Of a stretch of 64,000 nucleotides of DNA, positions 51,465 through 64,000 are shown piece by piece. The stretch's first letter is position 1, and each line of letters opens with the position of its first letter. The notes beneath the pieces are model-generated. The model was not told the DNA's origin. It ran no database searches and saw nothing but the letters and a program-made list of their open reading frames with translations. Location: NCBI GenBank assembly GCA_964016885.1, contig OZ024763.1:15376001-15440000 (forward strand). The letters run 5' to 3'. A program made the translations under genes and the position numbers. This stretch comes from Eledone cirrhosa (taxonomy: Eukaryota).

Positions 51465-53140
51465 TGAATGCAGAGGATATGTAAAGGCTGGAGAAAAATG
51501 AAGCAATCATGCTTCCATGGATGTGTAATGTTAATGTGCTTGAGTGACAAAGGTTGGATGAATTGAGGATAAAATTGTGTATAACAGAAATCAGAAGAAG
51601 TGTGCAGGAGAGAAGACTGCACTGGTATGGACATGTGTAGGAGAGAAGGCTGCACTGGTATGGACATGTATAGGAGAGAAGGCTGCACTGATATGGACAT
51701 GTGTGGGAGAGAAGACTGCACTGATATGGACATGTGTAGGAGAGAAGGCTGCACTGGTATGGACATGTGTAGGAGAGAAGACTGCACTGGTATGGACATG
51801 TGCAGCATAGAAGACTGCACTGGTATGTACATGTATAGGAGAGAAGGCTGCACTGGTATGGACATGTGTAGGAGAGAAGACTGCACTGGTATGGACATGT
51901 GTAGTAGAGTAGACTTCACTGGTATGTACATGTATAGGAGAGAAGGCTGCACTGGTATGGACATGTGTGGGAGAGAAGACTGCACTGGTATGTACATGTG
52001 TAGGAGAGAAGGCTGCACTGATATGGACATGTGTAGGAGAGAAGACTGCACTGGTATGGACATGTGCAGGAGAGAAGGCTGCACTGGTATGGACATGTGT
52101 AGGAGAGAAGACTGCACTGGTATGGACATGTATAGGAGAGAAGGCTGCACTGGTATGGACATGTGTAGGAGAGAAGACTGCACTGGTATGGACATGTATA
52201 GGAGAGAAGACTGCACTGGTATGGACATGTGTAGTAGAGTAGACTTCACTGGTATGTACATGTGTAGGAGAGAAGACTGCACTGGTATGGACATGTATAG
52301 GAGAGAAGGCTGCACTGGTATGGACATGTGTAGGAGAGAAGACTGCACTGGTATGTACATGTATAGGAGAGAAGGCTGCACTGGTATGGACATGTGTGGG
52401 AGAGAAGACTGCACTGGTATGGACATGTATAGGAGAGAAGACTGCACTGGTATGGACATGTGTAGTAGAGTAGACTTCACTGGTATGTACATGTGTAGGA
52501 GAGAAGACTGCACTGGTATGGACATGTATAGGAGAGAAGGCTGCACTGGTATGGACATGTATAGGAGAGAAGACTGCACTGGTATGGACATGTGTAGTAG
52601 AGTAGACTTCACTGGTATGGACATGTATAGGAGAGAAGACTGCACTGGTATGGACATGTGTAGTAGAGTAGACTTCACTGGTATGGACATGTATAGGAGA
52701 GAAGACTGCACTGGTATGGACATGTGTAGTAGAGTAGACTTCACTGGTATGGACATGTATAGGAGAGAAGACTGCACTGGTATGGACATGTGTAGTAGAG
52801 TAGACTTCACTGGTATGGACATGTATAGGAGAGAAGACTGCACTGGTATGGACATGTGTAGTAGAGTAGACTTCACTGGTATGGACATGTATAGGAGAGA
52901 AGACTGCACTGGTATGGACATGTGTAGTAGAGTAGACTTCACTGGTATGGATGATAATTTCTGGGTGAAGTGCCAAGAAATCCCAGTGGAAGTAAGACCT
53001 GTGGCGGTGATCTCACATCACAGAATCTGATAAGGGAGATGTCATCGTAATGTGGGGATTGGAGGGATGATGGATTGAGAAAGACCTGTCCAACTCATGC
53101 AAGAATGGAAAAGATGACATTAAATGTTGATGATGATGAT
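51465..53140 (+). repeat. RTE fragment whose 33-bp segment is amplified ~41 times (51600-52950)
   Basis: Unit aggagagaagactgcactggtatggacatgtgt corresponds to RTE ERRL(H/R)WYGHV; RTE sequence on both sides. Confidence 0.9.
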
Positions 53141-53258
53141 ATGTAAAATCCTGACCACTGCGCTAAGTAGTTGGGATTTTCCATATCACTGTACCAACTC
53201 TGCATCTCACCATGTCTTCAGTATTCCCATGATTAGTGGTCTCCTTGGTCTCAGCACT

Positions 53259-53325
<67 letters not shown>

Positions 53326-53327
<2 letters not shown>

Positions 53328-53716
53328 TGTAAATGTGGTTGGTGTTAGGAAGGGCATCCAGCTGTAGAAAACCCGCCAGACAGTCCATGCTGTAATGTGG
53401 CCGTGTAGGCAACACGGTAAAAACCTCCCAGCCCCACACTGTAAATGTGGTTGGTGTTAGGAAGGGCATCCAGCTGTAGAAAACCCGCCAGACAGTCCAC
53501 GCTGTAATGTGGCCATGTAGGCAACACGGTAAAAACCTCCCAGCCCCACACTGTAAATGTGGTTGGTGTTAGGAAGGGCATCCAGCTGTAGAAAACCCGC
53601 CAGACAGTCCTATGCGAGCAAGACAACCACTCTTGCCTCAAGTGGGAAAACCCCCGTCCAAACCCATGCAAGCATGGAACAGGGATGTTAAACGATGATG
53701 ATGATGATGATGATGA
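53326..53716 (+). mobile_element. SINE 3' part with an ~112-bp tandem duplication
   Basis: aggaagggcatccagctgtaga occurs three times; (ATG)n tail. Confidence 0.8.
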
Positions 53717-54957
53717 TATATTTATTAAAATAACAGATTAAAGTTTAAGCAAAGAATCGCTGCTTTCACCCTTAACGGGATCTTCTGAAACTCCCACACA
53801 TGTGCAGTCTTCTCTCCTGCACACTTCTTCTGATTTCTGTTATACACAATTTTATCCTCAATTCATCCAAACTTTATCACTCAAGCACATTAACATTACA
53901 CATCCATGGAAGCATGATTGCTTCATTTTACTCCAGCCTTCACATATCCTCTGCATTCAAATATTTAAATATTTAATAAATATTTGCTCTCTTTGGATTT
54001 TAGTCTTCAAATTTATTATTATTACTATATATATATATAACACTATATATATATATAGTGTTAGGAAGGGCATCCAACCAGTGTATCAATGCCAAAACGC
54101 TTATCAGCACAGCAACAAATAGGAACAACAACAAAATATGAAGACGTCGCATCTCAGAGTTGCAACACTTAATGCTGAATAAGACCCGTCCCACCCTTGC
54201 AAGCAGGGAAAAGCGGACGTAAAATGATGATGATGATGATGATATACACGCACACACGCACACACACACACACATGTATATATATTTATACATTTGTTTT
54301 GCGAGGTTTTTGATATGAAATGGTTGTGTTGAAACAGATATTGTTATACTTGGGGAGGGTCATATTGTTGTAATAATATTGCCAGAAATAATAACAGAAC
54401 ACACTCACTGTTTGGTTGGTTTTTCGCTTCTGTATCTTTTATATCAGTTAATTCATTCGGTCCTCAATGTTTACCATTGACTGACCAACGGTCAACAATA
54501 TAGATATAATATAGATATAAACACATATATATAGTCTAACAAAGTTCTTTCGTTGCACATCTGCAACATCGTCAGTGGTGCTATTATGTTCCCCCTGTTG
54601 TATTGTGTACCTACGCCATCTTTATTTTATCTGTTTATTTATTTATTTATTTATTTTTGTCTTCTTCTCTGCCCATGCGTTTGCGTGTGTGTATAGTGTT
54701 TGGTGTGTGTTCGCGTTTGGGTGACTGTTTTGGTTATTGTATTCTATCTTAGGTTACTAGTTGTTGTTGTGCTTGTGTATATATTTATTTATTTATTTAT
54801 TTATTTATTTATATTTCTCTTAAGTCGGTATTGTTTGTTTGTTTGGGTGTTGTTGTTATTCCATTCATTTTTTCTGTTTAGCTTTGGTCTTCTAAGTTCT
54901 ATTAGAGAGAGAGAGAGGCAAGTGAAATATAGATGCTATAGATGCTCTTTACTTTGT

Positions 54958-54989
<32 letters not shown>

Positions 54990-55313
54990 TTTACGTCCGC
55001 TTTTTCCCTGCTTGCTAGGGTGGGACGGGAACTGATTCTGGCTTGATTTCTACAGCTGGATGCCCTTCCTAACACCAACCTCATTTACAGTGAGTGCTGG
55101 GTGCTTTTTTACTGTGGCACCTCCACGACCACTTTACAGTGGAATGATAGGGGGCCCCAGTCCCTATCATCTCATTTCTACAGCTGAGTAAACTGGAGCA
55201 ATGTGAAATAAAGTGTCTTGCTCAAGGAAACAACACATCACCCGGTCTGAGAATTGAACTCACAACCTTTCGATTGCAAGGCCAATGCTCTAACCACTAA
55301 GCCATGTGCCTCC
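54958..55313 (-). mobile_element. Full-length main-family SINE (reference copy)
   Basis: 5' ggaggcacatggcttagtggttagagc...gagttcaattc (Pol III boxes), CORE-like ccttgagcaagacacttta, 3' ~50 nt nearly identical to the RTE tail, (ATG)n. Confidence 0.9.
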
Positions 55314-55653
55314 ATAAAATTGTATCTATTTAGTATAGAACCTGTTGGAGATTGAACCACAGACCAAGATCTCCACCGTCTCTATAACCTACAACTAAGC
55401 CACCGGGATGGTTTGTATGGTTTAATTTATAAGTAGCTTGGTTTGTGATCATGTCATTCTGATCAGCAGATCTTATCTTTGTTGTGCCCCAGAAAGGATT
55501 ACTTGACTATATCTATTACATTTATATCATCTGATGTCATCACCGATAGTTTTCTGTCATGATCTATTGACGTAGTTCATGATCCATTGAAATACATATA
55601 CAACAATAAAGGAAGTTTCTGGAATCCGGCCTTACATATATATGCGTATATAT

Positions 55654-58340
<2,687 letters not shown>

Positions 58341-58341
58341 G

Positions 58342-58397
<56 letters not shown>

Positions 58398-58511
58398 TAG
58401 TTATGTAATAAACAACATAAGATAATTATTTCATTTACCAATGGTTTCTTTTTTCCTGTACCTTTCCGACGGAATTACTTCATTTACACACACACACACA
58501 TATATATATAT

Positions 58512-59580
58512 ATCATCATCATCATCATCATCATTTTACGTCCGCTCTTCCCTGCTCGCAAGGGTGGGACGGGTCCTATTCAGAACAGCATCTCTCCACT
58601 CGTCACGGTCCTTTGTCATCTCCACCGTGAGCTTCAACGATCTGAGGTCTGTTCTCACCACCTCCGCCCATGTTTTTCGTGGTCTACCTCTACCACGTCT
58701 TCCTTCAACTGGCATTTCCTGGCACTTCTTCACCCATCGGTCATCCTCCATGAGCATCACATGTCCATACCACCTCAGTCTCCTCTCCCGTACACTACAT
58801 TCTATCCCTCTCAGACACAGTTTCTCTCTCAACACATTTATGCTGGGTCGTTCACGCACATTTACACTGCACATCCAACGGAGCATGCTTGCCTCATTTC
58901 TCTCCAGCTGTCGCATATCCTCTGCAGTTGCTGCACATGTCTCACTACCATGCAGCATCGCGCTCCTCACACAGGCATCATACAACCGGCCTTTCGTACG
59001 CAGGGAGAAACCCTTCGTCAACAGAGGAAGCAGCTCCCTAAACTTCTTCCAGCCCGTCCTTATTCTAGATACTATGGCCTCGGAACACCCTCCTCCCATG
59101 CTAATCTGATCTCCTAGGTACCGGAAGCTATCCACCACTTCTATAGCACCCTCCTGCATTTGAAAAATGTGTCTATCAATGCGACTTCTACTGTCTAATT
59201 TCCCTGTTCATCTACTGCATACATATTTCTCCCTACCTGTTAGTTTGCCTGCTATCCCGCTACATCTCTTGTGTACCCAGGATCTGCATTATGTGCATTT
59301 TATAGAATTTATGCCAGCTCCTTTTCTGCATATCGAACATGGCCATTTCCCTGACGGAATCAGAGTTTTGTCCTCTTTTCTACTCATCAACACTTTTGTC
59401 TTAGCTAAGTTCATTCTCAGTCCTCTTGCTTCCAACTGCTGTTTCCATAGCCAGAATTTATTCTCTAGCTCCTCTACTGATTCTGCTATAAGAACCAGAT
59501 CGTCAGCATAGAGAAGTTCCCATGGACAGCCAGTCTTAAACTCCTCTGTTATGGCTTAGAGGACTATAATGAACAAGAGC
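58512..59580 (-). mobile_element. RTE LINE, 5'-truncated, reverse-transcriptase C-terminal half
   Basis: LLYADDL (59505-59520), EVVDSFRYLG, LHGSET, RLRWYGHV, RGRPRKTW; (ATG)n tail. Confidence 0.92.
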
Positions 59581-59591
59581 CATACACACAC

Positions 59592-59665
<74 letters not shown>

Positions 59666-59835
59666 GTGTGTGTATGGCTGACTGAATATATATATATATA
59701 TATGTGAATGTATATATAGTGTATTTTGCAATACACTGTATGCTTAATTAAAAGCATTTCGAAGACCATATGCTATTGTTTTAGAGTAGTGACAGACTCA
59801 CTTACTTTAATTTTCAGCAAACAGGGGGAGATAAA

Positions 59836-59879
59836 GCTGACAATGCCTTGTTTCGTATTTATTGATGCTTATCAAAGCC
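59836..59879 (-). ncRNA. Hammerhead with U3-A8 core (family B, left arm)
   Basis: ggct-TTGATAA-gcatcaataaatac-GAAAC-aaggcatt-GTC|agc. Confidence 0.6.
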
Positions 59880-59998
59880 AACTACTCCTCCTGTTTGCTG
59901 AAATCATGGATGTTTGGTTCTTATAGAATTCTAGTAAATAATCAGGAACTGATTATACAGAGCGGTTGCCGGTCAAGCAGAAATTGAAAATTAGAATT

Positions 59999-60042
59999 GG
60001 CTTTGATAAGCATCAATAAATGCGAAACAAGGCCTTGTCAGC
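59999..60042 (+). ncRNA. Hammerhead with U3-A8 core (family B, right arm)
   Basis: ggct-TTGATAA-gcat caataa atgc-GAAAC-aaggcctt-GTC|agc; all three stems pair. Confidence 0.7.
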
Positions 60043-60321
60043 TTTAACTGCCCCTGTTTGCTGAAAATTAAAGTAAGTGAGTCTGTCACTACTCTAAAAC
60101 AATAGCATAAGGTCTTCGAAATGCTTTTAATTAAGCATACAGTGTATTGCAAAATGCACTATATATACATTCATATATATATATTTCAGAGCACCAATTC
60201 TAATTTTATATATATGACACACGACCGTAACTTCTGGCGTCACGCAGTAATACAGAGTACCCGACCCCCCATGGGTACAAGCTGAAGCATATAGACAATA
60301 TGCCCCCACACCCCCCACCGC

Positions 60322-60587
60322 AAGGTGGTCGTGGAGGTGCCACGGCAAAAAAGCACCCAGCCCACACTGTAAAGTGGACGTGTAGGCGCCACGAAAAAGC
60401 ACCCAGCACTCACTGTAAATGAGGTTGGTGTTAGGAAGGGCATCCAGCTGTAGAAATCAAGCCAAATCAGTTCCTGTATGAGCAAGGCATGGTCAGCCGA
60501 CCAGACACTGCCCACAACAGGACAACCCGTCTAACCCATGCTAGCGTGGAAGAACGGACGTAAAACGGTGATGATGATGATGATGAT
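60322..60587 (+). mobile_element. Main-family SINE 3' part
   Basis: Sequence match; (ATG)n tail. Confidence 0.8.
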
Positions 60588-61313
60588 ATATAGAGAGAGA
60601 GAATATTTTAGTATCGTGAGAGAGTAGAGATTTAAAGGGATAAGCGATACATATAGTTAGTTGCCAAAAGGTGGTGCATTTGTGCTCAATACTTGTGCCT
60701 ACAGGGTTAAGTATCGGAGGCGTTAATATTTAGCGGGCGAGAATATAAGCAGAGCGGCTACAAATGAAAGAATTACAAAGGAGAATACAGACTGTTAGAA
60801 CATGTTTATAGAAGGTGCTTTTATACGTAGGTGCTTTTGTATAAACATGTTCTAACAGTATGTATTCACCTTTGTAATCCTTTCATTTATATATATATAT
60901 ATATATATATATATCATTTCTGAATTTGTTTAGCAAGATTCTTTATCTGAAAACGTGTGTTGAAACCGATATTGTTATACTTTGGGAGGGTCATGTTGCC
61001 AATAAGAAACACAAAAAAATTTTTTTTTTTTTTTAAATTTTTTAATTTATAATAAATTGGAGTGAAAGCAACTGGTGCGTGTGTTTCTTATTGGCAACAT
61101 GATCCTCCCAAAGTATAACAATATATATATATATACATATAAGCTGTCTAAACGTATTGTTATTACTCTGGGGTACTATCCCATTCGAGTGCTAAAGCTA
61201 CATACCGAATTTGCATTCGTTAGCTTGGCCGCAAACTAAAGCTTCGTTTATGCTGTACTAAAATGTGTATATATATATGTATATATATGCATATGTGTGT
61301 GTATGGGTGGCTG

Positions 61314-61350
<37 letters not shown>

Positions 61351-61358
61351 ATGGGTGG

Positions 61359-61434
<76 letters not shown>

Positions 61435-61798
61435 ATGGCTGAGTGAATACGCATTTATGACTTTTTCTCATTTTTTCCATCCCTTCCACTTCTCTCACTT
61501 TTCCTATTATTTCAAGCGGTAAACTAATATATTTCTTCATTGTCTTGTGTCATTTGATTAGTTATTTCTGTTTACTGTTTACATACATATCTATCTATCA
61601 TATGTGTGTATATATAAATATATATATCTTTTCGGGTTATAGCTACTGTTGTTCAGAGAGTGGGATTGGCTCAGTGCACAATCTTTCCTCACTTTAAAAA
61701 GTATCTTCACGCACAGGCATTGCGATAGAATTAATTAATAATTATTAATAATGGTATATTGTGCAATGGCCATACTCGATCACGAGGGAGCAGCCATC

Positions 61799-61834
<36 letters not shown>

Positions 61835-61963
61835 GAATGTATGTATAGTATATTTGGCAATATACCGTATTTTTAATTAAAAACATTTAGAAGACCATAT
61901 GCTGTTAATTTTAAAGTAGTGACTATGTCACTTACTTCTTTTCGGCGAAAGAAGGGAGAGACA

Positions 61964-62003
61964 CTGACAGTCTGTTTCACACTGATTGGCGTTCATCAGA
62001 GCC
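61964..62003 (-). ncRNA. Type I hammerhead (family B, canonical core)
   Basis: ggct-CTGATGA-acgc caatca gtgt-GAAAC-agact-GTC|agt. Confidence 0.7.
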
Positions 62004-62329
62004 ACGTACTCCCCTGCTTTCGCCGAAAATCATAGAAGCTGGATTCTTATAGAATTCCAGTAATAATCATGAGCTGATTATACAGAGTGATTGCTGGTCC
62101 AGCAAAAATTAGGTATTAGGATTGTTGCTCTGAAATAGCGATGTATACATGAATGTATGTATAGTATATTTGGCAATATACCGTATGTTTAATTAAAAAC
62201 ATTTAGAAGACTGTACGCTATCAATTTTTGCTGGACCGACAATCACTCTGTATAATCAGCGCCTGATTATTACTGGAATTCTATAAGAATCCACCTTCTA
62301 TAATTTTCGGCGGAAGCAGGGGAGTACGT

Positions 62330-62370
62330 GGCTCTGATGAATGCCAACCAGTGTGAAATAGACTGTCAGC
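62330..62370 (+). ncRNA. Type I hammerhead (family B, canonical core)
   Basis: ggct-CTGATGA-atgccaaccagtgt-GAAA-tagact-GTC|agc. Confidence 0.65.
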
Positions 62371-62429
62371 GTCTCTCCCTTCTTTCGCCGAAAAGAAGTA
62401 AGTGACATAGTCACTACTTTAAAATTATA

Positions 62430-62460
<31 letters not shown>

Positions 62461-62835
62461 CATCATCATCACCGTTTTACGTCCATTCTTCCACGTTAGC
62501 ATGGGTTAGACGGGTTGTCCTGTTGTGAGCAGTGCCCGGTCGGCTGACCTTGTCTTGCTCAAAAGGGAACTGGCTTGATTTCTACAGCTGGATGCCCTTC
62601 TTACCACCAGCCTCATTTACAGTAAGTGATGGGTGCTTTCTTACTGTGGCGCCTACATGACTGCTTTGCAGTGGGAGGGAGTAGGGGCATATTGTCTATA
62701 TGCCAGAGGTCATGGTCCATCGCCTTTGAGAGGTGCAATTGGGTAAGGTCGGCTTTTAGCACCTCATCCCAAGTCTTCTTGGACCTCCCCACTCCATGGC
62801 TTCCATCGACTATATATATATATATGTGTGTTTTT

Positions 62836-63407
62836 TAGCATGGGAGGGGGGTGTACCGAGGCCATAGTATGTAGAATAAGGACGGGTTGGAAGAAGTTTA
62901 GGGAGCTGCTTCCTCTGTTGACGAAGAAGGGTTTCTCCCTGCTTACGAAAGGCCGGTTATATGATGCCTGTGTGAGGAGCGCGATGCTGCATGGTAGTGA
63001 GACATGGGCAGCAACTGCAGAGGATATGCGATGGCTGGAGAGAAATGAGGCAAGCATGCTCCGTTGGATTTGCAGTGTAAATGTGCGTGAACGACCCAGC
63101 ATAAATGTGTTGAGAGAGAAACTGTGTCTGAGAGGGATAGAATGTAGTGTACGGGAGAGGAGACTGAGGTGGTATGGACATGTGATGCACATGGCGGATG
63201 ACCGATGGGTGAAGAAGTGCCAGGAAATGCCAGTTGAAGGAAGACGTGGTAGAGGTAGACCACGAGAAACATGGGCGGAGGTGGTGAGAACAGACCTCAG
63301 ATTGCTGAAGCTCACGGTGAAGATGACGAAGGACCGTGACAAGTGAGGAGATGCTGTGCTGAATAAGACCCGTCCCACCCTTGCAAGCAGGGAAGAGCGG
63401 ACATAAA

Positions 63408-63442
<35 letters not shown>
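62836..63442 (+). mobile_element. RTE LINE 3' fragment
   Basis: ORF 62828-63346 nearly identical to 58536-59100; (ATG)n tail. Confidence 0.92.
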
Positions 63443-63535
63443 ATGTATATAAAAGGTAAACAGAAATAACAACACAATCGGTACAGTATATGGAAGGAAT
63501 ATATTAGGTTAACACTTGATATAGCAGGAAGAGGG

Positions 63536-63571
63536 TCTTAACGTTTCGGACGCTAGTCCTTCATCAGAAGA
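63536..63571 (-). ncRNA. Minimal PLE-type hammerhead
   Basis: tctt-CTGATGA-a ggac tagc gtcc-GAAAC-GTT|aaga; palindromic ACGT replaces stem III; a sister copy at 46480-46665 has the 3' half deleted. Confidence 0.75.
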
Positions 63572-63661
63572 AAGAATGAGAAATAAGATGGATTGAGGGG
63601 ACGGGTGGGGTGGAATTGGAAAAAATGTCTTTAGATAAAAATAGCAGGACCATTCATGTTG

Positions 63662-63724
<63 letters not shown>

Positions 63725-63938
63725 AAGGCGTGTGGCTGAGTGGTTAGAGAATTGGATTCGCAATCGTAAGGTTGTGAGTTTGATTCCTGGACCAGGTGAT
63801 GCGTTATGTCCTTGAGCAAGACACTTTATTTCACGTTGCTCCTTCTACCTGGAGTTGCGACCGATAGATAGTATTAGCAATTGGAAAGACCAACGGAAAC
63901 ATTGTTCCCTCGGTCCGATTTGACGAAAGTCGATCGTT
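63725..63938 (+). mobile_element. tRNA/CORE SINE (same subtype as 1198-1410)
   Basis: Sequence match. Confidence 0.85.
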
Positions 63939-64000
63939 TCAAAAAAAAAAATATATATATATATATATGGTATGGCCATGTGATGCGCATGGAAGATGAC

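Noticed and set aside
51434-53030. 460-500-aa ORFs with an 11-aa repeat (Met/Asp/Cys-rich, superficially reflectin-like MDM)
   Set aside because: A 33-bp amplification of an RTE fragment, open in multiple frames, lacking true reflectin motifs
54540-54950. Unique-looking segment as a possible exon
   Set aside because: No convincing ORF or paired splice sites
55240-55313. tRNA-like sequence
   Set aside because: SINE head present in many copies, continuing into CORE and RTE tail; not a tRNA gene

Overview
This is AT-rich, repeat-saturated eukaryotic DNA. The SINE, RTE and microsatellite content suggests an octopus/cephalopod genome (inference). Only one credible host coding exon is present: 2642..4711 on the minus strand, an N-terminal PTB-like domain followed by a disordered Q/N/P/Y-rich tail, entered through a splice acceptor 11 nt upstream of the ATG. 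The remaining ~59 kb is probably intronic or intergenic. It contains tRNA-derived SINEs with RTE tails, RTE and CR1/L2 LINE fragments, Helitron/piggyBac/Tc1-type MITEs, microsatellites, and minisatellites amplified from inside transposons. The most notable hidden structure is about 20 type-I hammerhead ribozyme (HHR) motifs from several families, read by eye. Most sit in short head-to-head fold-back palindromes inserted in (TA)n, an architecture like Penelope-like-element (PLE) pLTRs but with no ORF. Copies show compensatory changes in stems I and III. Two unrelated families carry the rare compensatory U3-A8 core instead of C3-G8. Coordinates were counted by hand and may be off by a few bases.
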